Source: Podarcis cretensis
Taxonomy: Eukaryota
Reading direction: 5' to 3'
NCBI GenBank assembly: GCA_951804945.1
Contig: OX638159.1
Location: forward strand, 61,814,001-61,878,000
DNA: 64,000 nucleotides
The number at the start of each line of letters is the position of its first letter. The first letter of the stretch is position 1. The notes under the pieces were generated by a model. It made no database searches. It saw only the letters and a list, made by a program, of their open reading frames with translations, and had not been told where the DNA came from. This document shows positions 38,117 to 50,854 of this stretch, one piece after another. The position numbers and the translations under genes were made by a program.

Positions 38117-38189
38117 TATCATTATGGAATGGGACATCCCTATTTTCATTGGAGAAATGTTGGAGGGAATGCTCTTGCTTTTGTGGAAG

Positions 38190-38223
<34 letters not shown>

Positions 38224-39358
38224 ACACAAAGGTAAGAATCATAGAACTGTAGAGCTGGAAGGGAGCCCTAGAGTCCTCTGGTCCAATCTCCTGCAATGCA
38301 GTAATCTCAGCTAAAGTATCCATGACAGATGGCCATCCTGAGCTCAACTCACTTTTTCATTGGGCCCCACCCAAAACTGGAAGACTTCCCAAGAGGCAAT
38401 AATGTGGCCCTTGGTTTTATATAGGTTTCCCAACCCTGTTGGTTCCAATAAGCACTTGAGTTAGGAAAGCACCAGTCTCATTTCGCACAATACCCGGGGT
38501 TTGATGTCCCTTGGCAGAACTGCGGGAAATTAAAATGGCACCCTCTAGCAAGCACATGAGAACCGCCATTTTAAATTTCCCACAATGCCCTGTTGTCTCA
38601 TGTTGCTCTGTGCGGTGGAGCACATGCATGGCCTCTCTATGTTTGCCTGGTGGTTTGCAGAAGATGAAAACGACACAGCCTTAAATGCTCCATTGCTGAA
38701 GTGCCCTGTGAGTGGGTTTGAAAGTCGAGCGTTCTCCTGGCAGCAAATCATAGCAGTCTATCAGGCAGGTGCCCATATTTCTTTCATCCTGAGTGTTAAT
38801 GAATGTTAATGAGAATATATGGGCATTTAAAATTATTGGTACGTGGTGATGTTTGCTTATTGGATTACGGTTTCTCTTCCCCCATAGTGGATTTTCTTCT
38901 GTGAAATTTCCTCCGCAGAGTTCACAGAGAATATTTATAGGTAGTCTTCGCTGAGAATTTCTGAGCTGCGGTGGGTAGCTATTTCCCCGCTCTCCCCCTC
39001 CCTAAGTGGGGAATAATTTGTTTGATAGAGCACAGTAATAAAATATGAATTCCTTTCTAATTATGGAAGGCAGAACAGAGTGCATGTAATGCAACCATTA
39101 CAATGTAAATATATATATATATGTACAACATATATATATATATATGTTGGAACATATGGAAGGATAGCACTCTGGTGATTATTGATATTTATATATAGCA
39201 GAGTCATGGTGCAAGGTGTTTATAGAACAGTGTGGGCCTTAGAAATGGGCAGTGCCTAATGTTGCTGGTAGATGAAGCGAAGGGGCAGGAGTTTGAAAGA
39301 AGGAGAGAGGAAAGGAAGAAGGAAAGGGAGAGAACACAATGCAGGAATGTGCCTGGTT

Positions 39359-39595
39359 CATAGCTGTCAAGCGTCCCTTGTTTGGCGGGACAGTCCCTTA
39401 TCCAGCACCATGTCCCACTGCTGTCCCTTATTGATGAGGCTTCGTTTGGCTGCTGGCTGGGCTTCCTGCCTTTGGCTCGGAGGGGCTCAGAAGTTGAACA
39501 TACTTGTGCCTGGAAAATTCCTTATTTTAGCTGCTGATCCCTTATTTTTGAGGCTGCTGGTCCCTTATTTTCAAATCTGTAAGGTGACAGCTATG
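39359..39595. mobile_element. 237-bp hAT-type MITE
   Basis: TIRs CATAGCTGTCA / TGACAGCTATG; 8-bp TSD GCCTGGTT; repeated subterminal GTCCCTTA motifs. Confidence 0.88.
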
Positions 39596-40006
39596 GCCTG
39601 GTTGTTTTTCTACTGGGTTTTGCAGATGGGACACCATGACTTTCCGGTGTGAAGTAGCCAGAATGTAAGAGCCCTGCTGGATCAGACCAATGACCCATCT
39701 AGTCCAGCATCCTGCTCTCATAGCGGCCAACCAGATTCACTGGGAAGCCCCAAAACAGGTCACCCACTCTCTGCTGCTCATACTGCCCACCATCATCACT
39801 GGTAGCCATTGATAGTCTTATCCCCTACTGCCATTCAGCTTGGCAGCCATGGCTACATCTCGTGGCAGTGAATTCCATAGTCCCAATGGGCTATGTGAAG
39901 GGGTATCATTTCCTCTGCCTTAGATTGCATACTACTCAGCTTCATCGAGCTGAATAGTGAGACTATGGAACTTGCTCCCACAGCAGACAGTGATGGCCGC
40001 CAACCC

Positions 40007-40359
40007 AAAAAGGTAAAGGGACCTCTGACCATTAGGTCCAGTCGTGGCCGACTCTGGGGTTGCGGTGTTCATCTCGCTTTATTGGCTGAGGGAGTCGGCG
40101 TACAGCTTCCGGGTCATGTGGCCAGCATGACTAAGCCGCTTCTGGTGAACCAGAGCAGCACACGGAAACACCATTTACCTTCCCGCCAGAGCGGTACCTA
40201 TTTATCTACTTGCACTTTGATGTGCTTTCAAACTGTTTGGTTGGCAGGAGCAGGGACCGAGCAACGGGAGCTCACCCCGTTGCAGGGATTCAAACCGCTG
40301 GCCTTCTGATCGGCAAGTCCTAGGCTCTGTGGTTTAACCCACAGCGCCACCCGCGTCCC
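40007..40359 (-). mobile_element. Sauria SINE, full length
   Basis: Runs from the GGGACGCGGGTGGCGCTGTGG head to the ACCTTT tail on the minus strand. Confidence 0.92.
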
Positions 40360-40791
40360 TCATACCGTTAGATCTCATACCATTCAGCTTCATCAAGCTG
40401 AATAGTGAAACTATGGAACTTGCTCCCACAGCAGACAGTGATGGCCACCAACCTAGATGGATTTTAAAGAGATTTAGGCATAATCATGGGGGAGAGAGCT
40501 GTAAACCCCTGGCCTACCTGGTGGCAAGTCAGTATGTCAAGTCCAAGGTTCAGAGACCAGGGTCAATCCACACAAGCAAAGTCCAGAATCCAAAGGTCAG
40601 GAAATGCAATCCAGGGTCAATCAAAGTAGGTCAAGTCTGAAGTCCAGGAGCATCTATGAGGCATGTTGACCCTCACCTCTTCCAAGTCTAATTCAACTGA
40701 GGAATCACACACCTCCTCCCAGAGCTAGGGAGCCCCACCTGGCCAGCTAGTGAGCTGGTGTCCTGATCCCCTGGCCTACCTGGCAGACAGT

Positions 40792-40879
40792 GTTCCAAGT
40801 CTAGAAGCCAATCTGTATGACAAAGTTCCAAATCCAAAAGCCAATCTGTACGACAAAGTTCCAAGTCCAGAAGCCAATC
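40792..40879. repeat. 33-bp tandem repeat (~2.7 copies) in an unclassified LTR-like relic (~40480-41615)
   Basis: Unit GTTCCAAGTCTAGAAGCCAATCTGTATGACAAA repeated with few changes. Confidence 0.7.
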
Positions 40880-41364
40880 CACACAAGCCAGGCCCAAAGG
40901 ACAGGAAACAAAGCCCGGGTTCAGTCCAAATAAGCCAAGATACGAGTTCAGCAGTCAGGATACAGTCCAGAGTTAATCTCAAAGTAGAAACCTATGAAGG
41001 TCCAAGGAGAAGCCCAGGCAAGGTCCCTCAACTTGGCCAGTTGAGCAGACACAGCACCTCAGCTCTGCTGCCTTCTTACACTGTGTCTGCTGATTGCAGC
41101 ATCTGGGCTTGATGAGGCCTTGTGACCCTCACCTGCTCTCAGCTTGCCACACCTGAGGAATCACAAGCCTCCTTTCACACCTGGCCAGCTAGTGAACTAG
41201 GCTGCAGGTCCTGGCCTGCCTCTGCTTCCTGGAGTGTCCTGCCTGCTGTGCTCATGGGGACAGGGTCTTCTCTTGCTCTGGTGAGGGGTCCCGCTGTTCA
41301 GCTTCCTGTACACTAGCCCCTGTCCCCTCATCATCCTCCATCACCCTGTGAGTATTGTCTACAC

Positions 41365-41499
41365 CAGTGTTTCCCGACCTTGGGTCTTCAACTGTTTTTG
41401 GACTACAATCTTGCTAGCCCTGACCACTGATCTTGCTAGCTAGGGATGATGGGAGTTGGAGTCCAGAAATAGGTGGAGACCCAAGGTTGGGAAACACTG
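41365..41499. mobile_element. Palindromic hAT MITE (same family as 26309)
   Basis: TIR CAGTGTTTCCC; 8-bp TSD GTCTACAC. Confidence 0.88.
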
Positions 41500-43794
41500 G
41501 TCTACACCAACCTCTCCCTCCCCACCCCCAGCTTGCTCCTGTGTGACCCACTCCCAGCTGCACCCCTCGCAATGATCCTCTTCCTCCTCCCTGAAGTCCT
41601 GCCAGTTCATGACAGCTGGGCTGTGGGCCATTGTCTGCTTTATCTGACTTTTAGAAGATATCTGAAGGCAGCCCTGTTTAGGGAAGTATTCAATGTTTGA
41701 TGTTTTATTGAGTTTCTTTTTTGTAAATCTCCCAAAGGATAAAATAAACTAAGGATTAAGGGGTTTTCTTGGGATGGTGGAGGGGTGTGTGCTGGGTCCC
41801 ATTGGTGGTGGCGGCAGCACTTGCCCTTCTTGTGATAGGGAATGTTCTTGGGGGGGGCACAAAAATGGGGAGTCTAGGAGCATCGGGGAGAGTGAAAAAT
41901 GTCCCTATTTTCATCTGAGGAATGTTGGAGGTTATGGAATACCTTCATAAATAGATCATATCCCTTTTCCTGATGACAAAGTAATGCCTTTCCCACCCTG
42001 CTACACCCTCGTCCTCTCCAAGAAGAGGAGAGGTGTCTAAGTCTCCGGTGGAACATGCTGTGACCAATGAGGAAAGAGATGGAGATTAGGATATTTAAGC
42101 CAGCTCTGCCTCCGCACATTTCCCTCTTCTTTGGGTACCTGCCCTTCTGCTCTTCCAAAGTGTGGGGCTGTAGCTTATCACTCTATTGAGGGCAGAGCTG
42201 GAATTTTGGGGGGAAGCACTGATTAGGACTTTGGGTTCTCCTCCCCGTTCCCCAATTTCACACTATGTGATGTCGTTTGCTTTTGGAGTGGCATTTGATT
42301 AATTTGGCTCATTTGTTGCTTAGTCCAGGCAGGTGAGAGGACTTAAGAAATGGTTGATTGAATTTCTGACGTGTTATTGGATTTGGGCCTGGCGGACAAA
42401 TTTGGTCCTGCCTGGACAAATTTAATTTGCTTCAATTTTGGTTTATTTGGTTTGTTGCAGATCCTCCTGTTCGTTATATTTAATAAATATAGCCTGCATC
42501 CTAAATAGTTGCTTGTCTCCACTCTACTTTTGGCAAAGTCCCCTTGCAAAACTGGTCGTCATTCTGTGCATGCAACGGCTTAGTTGGATCCCACCCAGTG
42601 GACCTAAACAGAGGAGCATGTTTGATGCAGACAGAATTAATATAGCTTGGTGTGGGGAAGCAACAAGGCTGGGGAACTGCGATGGTCTTCACCAATGGTA
42701 TCACATAAGGGATTGCAATCCTCAGAGACAGTGTGTGTGGTGTAGTGATTAGAGTGTCAGACTAAGACCTGGGTTCAAATCCTGGCTCGGGCGTAAAGCT
42801 TACTGGGTGACCTACCTCACAGGGTTGTTGTAGGGGTTGAATTAGGATGGGGAGAGCCATGCATGTCACTTTGAGCTCTTTGGAGAAGACAGGATATAAA
42901 TGCCAAAAAATAAAGGCTTCCTTCTTTCAGCATGCCGCCAATTATACCGAGGCATAGTCCATATTTGGTGTTTATCCTGAAGTACTATTGTGCAACGGGT
43001 TAAAAGACTTCCCTCTTCTATGTCAACAAATATCCGCAATCCACTTGTAAAAACTTCCAAGGGAACCAATGAAACGGAACAGGGAGTTGAGTTGCTATAA
43101 ATGGATGTTACAAATGGGGAAGAGAGGTTGGAATCATGGGATATGCCTCTGAGCGAGATAGCAACAAGCTAAGAGCAATCCTTTGCAGAGAGGGAGAGAG
43201 GGAGTGTGTACGTACATGTGCGCGCGCACACACACACACACACACTTAGACTACATGTAATGTACGAGATTTATAAGTAGCTAAGCTCCCTAGAGGAATC
43301 CAAGCATATTTGCTATATATAGGCTTGTTCCCTGATCACCAAACGCCTCCCTGGCTGTAGCGTTATCAGACTGTAGGGAGTTTTAAACCAGCCCACTCCA
43401 AGCTATTTTCCTTTGTTCATCTGCGTTGCCGAGTGTTAAGCATCAGAGGGAGATGAATTAAAGGACTGGAGCTAGTGGGAAGGGAAATATGGTATGAAAT
43501 TAGTCCTGGTACAATCCACATCCTGTTGTATTCAGCATCGGACTCCAGTGGATTTTATTGCACATTGTTTAAAAAAAGAACATGGGGGAGAGACTATGTG
43601 CTGAATGCAACGTTCAGCCGATCTCACGTCCCCATACCAGAAGACCACTTTTTTTTACACTGTGTTCCTCCTCTTTGGAATTCCCTTGACATGGAGGATC
43701 TGCCTGGAGGTCCACAGAAGTCCACCTTAGAGGTCAGCCTTTCCTACACTCTGCCTGTGACTCTTTTAATTCTGGGTAGAGACAAAACATTGTA

Positions 43795-44036
43795 CAGTGG
43801 TACCTCGGTTTAAGTACTTAATTCATAATGGAGGTCCGTTCTTAACCTGAAACTGTTCTTAATCTGAAGCACCACTTTAGCTAATGGGGCCTCCTGCTGC
43901 CGCACCACCACCAGAGCATGATTTCTGTTCTCATCCTGAAGCAAAGTTCTTAACCCGAGGTACTATTTCTGGGTTAGCGGAGTCTGTAAGCTGAAGCATA
44001 TGTAACCTGAAGCGTATGTAACCTGAGGTACAACTG
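43795..44036. mobile_element. Tigger/pogo-like MITE
   Basis: TA|CAGTGGTACCTC...GAGGTACAACTG|TA. Confidence 0.85.
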
Positions 44037-44672
44037 TATTTGAAATCCAGCAGGCATTCATGAAGACAAAGTTTTGGGAAGGATTTTTTATATATATTCA
44101 ATTTCTCCCCTGCCCTTTCTCCCAAAGGATCTCAGGGTGGCAAATATGAAACTTTCAAAACTAAAAGAACAACATATTTAAAATATTTAAGAATGTAAGA
44201 ATATTGCCACCCTCAAACTGAGAGCAACCACATACCCGCACAGTTTCAAGGTTGCAATGGCCAGTATCTATTAGCCATCAAACGCCACGGGAAGACTTTT
44301 ACATTTCTTCTGAAAGTAAATAATGTGGGAGTCAGGTGCTTCTTACCAGAGAGGGCGTTCCACCAATGGGGGAATCTACACTAAGAAGGTTCTCTCATGA
44401 ATCACTTCCAACTGGGCAGTACCCAGAGGTGGCACCACCAGCAGGGACTCCTTGGCTGATCATAGGAGATGGTGGAAATGCCTCCCTCATTTGCCTGTTT
44501 CATTGCTGCTGGCTTGAATGATCATCATCGTCTGTCCATTTGCATGGCACTTTCCAAGGGAGCTGCTATATTTAACTGAATGTGTATGGTGCCCAGAAGA
44601 TCTCTGTGTTAAAGCCCCTTCAGGCTGTGAGCAGCTGGATGACCTTTGTGTGCAAACTCGGCCCTCCAGTTT

Positions 44673-44915
44673 GCCAGTGTGGTGTAGTGGTTAAGAGCAG
44701 TAGACTCGTAATCTGGGGAACTGGGTTCATGTCTCCGCTCCTCCACATGCAGCTGCTGGGTGACCTTGGGCTAGTCATACTTCTCTGAAGTCTCTCAGCC
44801 TCACTCACCTCACAGAGTGTTTGTTGTGGGGGAGGAAGGGAAAGGAGAATGTTAGCCGCTTTGAGACTCCTTCGGGTAGTGATAAAGCCGGATATCAAAT
44901 CCAAACTCTTCTTCT
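44673..44915 (+). mobile_element. tRNA-derived MIR/CORE-like SINE (Squam3-like), inserted in a palindromic hAT MITE (~44650-45028)
   Basis: GCCAGTGTGGTGTAGTGGTTAAGAGC head, gggtgaccttgggctagtcac core, (CTT)n tail; MITE arms on both sides. Confidence 0.75.
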
Positions 44916-46440
44916 CCAGGTGTTTTGGGACCACAACTCCCATCACCCCTGGCTAACGGGACCAGTGGTCAGGGATGATGGGAGCTGTAGTCCCAAAACA
45001 TTTGGAGGGTCGAGTTCACCTATGCCTGCCCTAGGTGGATCGAGTGGTCCCCACAACCTACTCACAACAGCCTCTGCATATTGCAGACTGCGCTTGGTAA
45101 TGACAGGCCTGTCTTTCAGGGATGCACATCCCCCTCACCACCAGTACTGATCTTCTCAGTGAGGGATCCCTGATAAGTTTCCAAGGAACCCCGGGAATCT
45201 TCAGATCACAGCTTGAAAACCCCTGCACTAGCTTATTGTTATAATACTTGCAATTAATTTGCACAGTGCTAGGTGAGGCTTTCCTGCCCCATCCCATATG
45301 CTGTGCACCATCTTCCTCTTCTTCTGTTGTTTCCTTCCTTTCTTTGTCATTATTTGAGTCCAATGTCTCTTTTGCTTAGAAATCTCGCTGTTGAAGGTCT
45401 GCGGGCTAATAGGCACTCAACGGAACAAGAAAGCGATATCTAAAATGAACTGGGTGCTGAAAGGATGGCAGTGCAGTACCGGATAACAATGGCTCTTTTT
45501 TCCCAATGTGGACCTTTATTTTGAAATAAAATTAAAAAGCGTAGGCAATGAAAGGGGGAAGAATACAGGCAACACTGCCACAAGATTACTCAATAGCAGA
45601 GGGAAAGAGACGTGCTGTCTATAATCCTCGTCTCCAGTCCCTGGCGTATCATTCCTAGCTCAGTGGTTTAGAGCATTTTTTTTCCCATGGAACAAATCCC
45701 AGGTTCAGTCCCCAATGGTAGGGCTGGGGATGTCATTTGTCTGAAAGCCTGGAGAGCCACGGCCAGTAAGAGTAGACAGTGGTGAGCCAGATGGACCAAT
45801 TGGTCTGACTCTGTAGAAGACAGCATATGTTTTCCTTTGTTCCATTTTTTTTCCTTTTAAATTAGAATCCACATCTTGAACTAGTACCTAATCTGAAACA
45901 GGGGTTATCCTTCACAATTTGTACTTCTCCAAATTTTGTTAGCTGGCTCAAGACGTGTACAAAATAGTATGTTAGGGGAAATTGTACATAAAATACATAC
46001 TGTACATAAGGGGGGGGGAGCATTACAATGTTTTGTAACAGGAATGTTTGCTTGCAGAATTGTGGATATTAGTCAAAACTGCATACAAATATCTGTATTA
46101 TTCCAAGAAATTTGCACTAAAATGCTACCACATGTTCATTGAGTCCCCCACTCCATCACCCCAAATGCAAATTACTTAAGAAATATGAATAACTGAATTC
46201 AAGAGTGGAAAAGTGAGAGGCCAAAATGGACAGATTAGTCTATCTCTAGGTAAGTTTGTGGAACAATTACTCAATGACCCTGTGCATTAAACACCTAATC
46301 TCAAGGTTGTGGGTTTGAGCCCCATGTTGGGCAAAAGGGGGGTTGAACTAGATGCCCCTTGTGGTTGTCATCCCCCAACTCTACAATTATATACTTCTCT
46401 GTCTGTTAAGAAGTAAATCCTTCTGAGGTCAGTGAGATAT

Positions 46441-47156
46441 AAAAGGTAAAGGGACCCCTGACCATTAGGTCCAGTTGTGACCGACTCTGGGGTTGCAGCG
46501 CTCATCTCGCTTTATTGGCCGAGGGAGCCGGTGTACAGCTTCCAGATCATGTGGCCAGCATGACTAAGCCGCTTCTGGCGAACCAAAGCAGTGCACAGAA
46601 ACGCCGTTTACCTTCCCGCCGGAGCAGTACCTATTTATCTACTTGCACTTTGACGTGCTTTCGAACTGCTAGGTTGGCAGGAGCAGGGACCGAGCAATGG
46701 GAGCTTACCTTGTCGCGGGGATTTGAACCGCTGACCTTCTGATTGGCAAGTCCTAGGCTCTGTGGTTTAACCCACAGCACCACCATGTCCCTTGACCTAC
46801 ATGGTAAGATAAAGGGGACCCCTGACCATTAGGTCCAGTTGTGACCGACTCTGGGGTTGCGACGCTCATCTCGCTTTATTGGCTGAGGGAGCCGGCGTAC
46901 AGCTTCTGGGTCATGTGGCCAGCATGACTAAGCCACTTCTAGCGAACCAGAGCAGTGCACGGAAACGCCATTTACCTTCCCGCTGGAGTGGTACCTATTT
47001 ATCTACTTGCACTTTGACATGCTTTTGAACTGCTAGGTTGGCAGGAGCATGGACCGAGTAACGGGAGCTCACCCCGTCACAGGGATTCAAACTGCCAACC
47101 TTTTGATCAGCAAGCCCTAGGCTCTGTGGTTTAAGCCACAGCTCCACCCGCGTCCC
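46441..47156 (-). mobile_element. Head-to-tail Sauria SINE dimer (46441-46791, 46807-47156)
   Basis: Two full-length copies inside one TSD TCAGTGAGAYAT (46429-46440, 47158-47169). Confidence 0.92.
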
Positions 47157-47278
47157 ATCAGTGAGACATGCTCCCATATAAATGTGTATAGGATTGCAGC
47201 CTTAAAGGAGAACATCTTGGAGAGATACACACACATTTTTTCGAGAGAGCTTGGATGTGTATGTTACCCTATATAACC

Positions 47279-47280
<2 letters not shown>

Positions 47281-47333
<53 letters not shown>

Positions 47334-47335
47334 AA
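47281..47335. repeat. (AAAG)n microsatellite
   Basis: Direct observation. Confidence 0.95.
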
Positions 47336-48588
47336 CCAAATTCCTATCTGTATTTGACTGGCATTTGATCAGCCATGATTCTGGTGTCTTAAGTTGCTAT
47401 CCTAAGCCTGGGGCGGGGAGAATCAAATGCAGTTGAACCACCCGCAAAGTTCCCTGCTGGGCTTTCATCAGCAGGGTGGATAAGTATCTTTTGCCCTTTA
47501 CTCCTTTTCAATACCTCTATGGCAGTGAAATAAATGGGATTAAACTATACCAGCTCCCAGGCTGATATGGCTTAATCAGTGGTCTGGGAGCTTGTTTCAA
47601 GGTCTGTAGAAGTTTTGTATCCTTCTGACCCAAGCCATCTCCTGGCCCTCCTTTGGTCTACATGCACACATACACACCCTTTTCAGCCATACTGACACTG
47701 GAGCTCCACCGTAGGTAGGGAAGACGTCTGAAAGCCTCTCCTTCCAAGAGCACTCTATCACCAGAGATGGTAATCCAATATTTTTACATGGTCCCTAAAA
47801 TGCCCTCCTGGGGGCCATAGGGTTGCAGGGTCAGGCTGTTTGTGCTTTTAAAACTGCAACAAGAATGGTAAAATGCAAGTATAAGGCAAAGGTTGGATGG
47901 ATCTTGATCTCTAGGGTGACACAGACTAGATAAATGAAGACCCAGGATGCAGGGAGTCTGGAAAAATCATAAAAGGGTTTTGTTTTTTTTACCAATTACT
48001 TGTGTTTAACTTTTGAAACAGAAACTGGATATTTTGTAGAACACAGAGGGAAAGAAACTGATATGAACTATTTTCCCTTTTGGAATGACTGTAGTGCTTT
48101 GTAACATAAGGATTAGGTTGCTTCAATCAGGAAGTATGATCTCTACACAAGACAATCTAACAGCATTATAGAACTGCTCCTGGGTTTCCAGCAGGCATGG
48201 ATGCAACACTCACAGCCAAGCTATGTTTCTGCACTTAGAGGGTCCTGCTGCCTTCGTGAGAAGAGCATATTTGACCCTCCTTTTCTTGTCAGCTGCTGTT
48301 TGGCTACTTCTGCTAAAGTGGCCAAAGGTCCTTGCTAAAGGTCAATCTTCCCCTCTGTTGGAGAGGTCAAATAACAACAGAAGGCTGTGAACATAAGGAG
48401 ACATTGTTTTGAAACATACTATCAGCCCTGTGGCTTTCTTTCTTTCTTTTTTAAAAAAGAAGTTGATCTAACTCAGTTGCTGTACTCCCCTGGGGTGGGA
48501 GGGAACTCCAGAAGGATGGATTCCAGGAGCAAAAGTAGGTGAAGTAATGTATGGGACAGTTATTTACTGTAGGCTACCATGCAGGTCA

Positions 48589-49203
48589 GGACGCGGGTGG
48601 CACTGTGGCTTAAACCACAGAGCCTAGGGCTTGCTGATCAAAAGGTTGGCAGTTTGAATCCCTGTGACGGGGTGAGCTCCCGTTACTCGGTCCATGCTCC
48701 TGTCAACCTAGCAGTTCAAAAGCATGTCGAAGTGCAAGTAGATAAATAGGTACCACTCCAGCGGGAAGGTAAATGGCGTTTCCGTGCGCTGCTCTGGTTC
48801 GCTAGAAGTGGCTTAGTCATGCTGGCCACATGACCCAGAAGCTGTACGCCGGCTCCCTCGGCCAATAAAGCAAGATGAGCGTCACAACCCCAGAGTCGGT
48901 TACAACTGGACCTAATGGTCAGGGGTCCCCTTTATCTTACCATGTAGGTCAAGGGTCATGGTGGTGCTGTGGGTTAAACCACAGAGCCTAGGGCTTGCCA
49001 ATCAGAAGGTCGGTGGTTTGAATCCCCGTGATGGGGTGAGCTCCACTTCTTCGGTCCCTGCTCCTGCTACGAAGTGCAAGTAGATATATAGTTACCAGAC
49101 CCGGAAGCTGTATGCTGGCTCCCTCGGCCAATAAAGTGAGATGAGTACCCGAACCCCAGAGTCATCCGCAACTGGACCTCATGGTCAGGGGTCCCTTTAC
49201 CTT
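48589..49203 (+). mobile_element. Head-to-tail Sauria SINE dimer (48589-48937, 48953-49203; second copy internally deleted)
   Basis: TACCATGYAGGTCA occurs three times: 48575-48588, 48938-48951, 49204-49217. Confidence 0.92.
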
Positions 49204-50139
49204 TACCATGCAGGTCAGAAGTTTCCATCCATCCAGGAAAACCAGAGACATTATCACAGTCGAGTGATGCATTTCCAGTCAGGCAATAGCACTCAAGGAG
49301 GGTATGGAGCATAGTGTGGCCTTGGGATGGGTCCATGGCCTGTAGAGAGCCTGGAGGACCAAATAAAAGAGGCCGCTGGCCTGCAGACCTGAGGTTCCTG
49401 GACGCAGTGCATCTCCTTGCTTTCCCAGGTCTGACTTCAGCACTGGCCCCAGTGTGGTAGCAGCTTCTTGGGCCATATCAGTCCTTGTCTTCCTAGCAAC
49501 ATAGCTTGAAATCTTTGAGTAAATTCCTTTGAGTAAATTCCTGTTCAGAGTCCAGCTCCCTGACAGCACGAACACAACCTCAGAAGCACAGTGCGTTGTA
49601 CAATTTGGGGAAGTCATAATCACAGTGTGAATTTAATGTAATAATTTAAATGTCGTAATTATGAGGGGAAAATATGTGCTCGTTTATTCTTCTGCAACTC
49701 AAGGGGGGGACGCATTATTAGTATATCTTAGGGTGGAATTTATCTTCTTAGAGTTCTAATTATGGAACTTCTTAGTTTAGTAAATGCCGTTTGGACGACC
49801 AACTGCTTGGCAGAATGTTTATTTGGTCCCCATGATGCATAATAAAAAAATGTAAGGGTTGCCAAAGAAGGAGATGCCATTTTCAAACAATGTATTTTGG
49901 AATAATTTGCTTGGTGATAAGGGAGCACAGTCACCATTTCACCTCCTGGATGCAGCACTAAAATGTAGCTCTGTTGCATTTCAGTATTGGGAAGACTACT
50001 TTGTAAATCAAGGGTTGGGAACCTCAAACCCAGGGGCCCAATCCGGTCCTCTCTATTTCTCCCTCAGGGCTGTCTTCAGACTACTCCCGCTGCCACAGAC
50101 CCCACTTTCCCTGAGTGTTTCTGCCCACCAAGAATGAAT

Positions 50140-50440
50140 GAGGAGACTGAGAGGAGCCATGATAGCCATCCTCAAATATCTCGAGGGCTGTCACGTGGAC
50201 AAGGGAACAAGCTTGTTTTCTCCTGTTCTGGAGGGTAGGACTCAAACCAATGGCTTGAAGTGACAAGAAAGGAGATTCTGACTCAACATCGGGGAAAACT
50301 TTCTGACAGTAAGAGCAGTTCAACAATGGAACAGATTCCCTTGGGAGGTTTTAGGCCCTTCTTCCTCAGAGGTTTTTGAGCAGAGGTTGGATGGCCATCT
50401 GTCATGGATGCTTTAGTTCCTGCATTGCAGGGGGTTGGCC
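50140..50440 (+). mobile_element. CR1 LINE 3' fragment
   Basis: Degenerate CR1 ORF2 C-terminus (MIAILKYLEGCH...RT..NG....ERRF.LNI.ENFLTVRAVQQWN) with in-frame stops. Confidence 0.75.
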
Positions 50441-50854
50441 ACTGTGAGAAAATGATGCTAGACTAGATGGGCCATTGGCCTGATCCAGCAGGGATCTTAT
50501 TTTCTTGTCAATAGACCTCTCCTGTATTCAGTTGTGCCATTGGGGCCAGACAGACTGTTGAGCAGAAGTCTATGGCTCCATTGAGCAAAATGAGCAGGCG
50601 AGCTCCCAAACACTGCAGAGCTAGCTTACAGCACACGTTGTGACATTAGCAAAGTAATGCACTAAGTGTAACCAACATGGTGACCTCCATCGTCCCTGCC
50701 GGTTGACCTTGCTGCCTGGGGCCGATGGTAGCTGGAATCCCACAAGGGCATTGTGCTACCTCCCCCTGAAATGTGCATTGCCATCTGAAGAGCCCATCCC
50801 AGAGACTAGCATTACCTAACTGCACCAAGTCTCACTCGGTGCAGTGAGTGAACT

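Noticed and set aside
40792-40879. CRISPR-like array or repeat-protein exon
   Set aside because: Contiguous tandem units with no unique spacers, in vertebrate DNA; the 11-aa periodicity only reflects the 33-bp unit.
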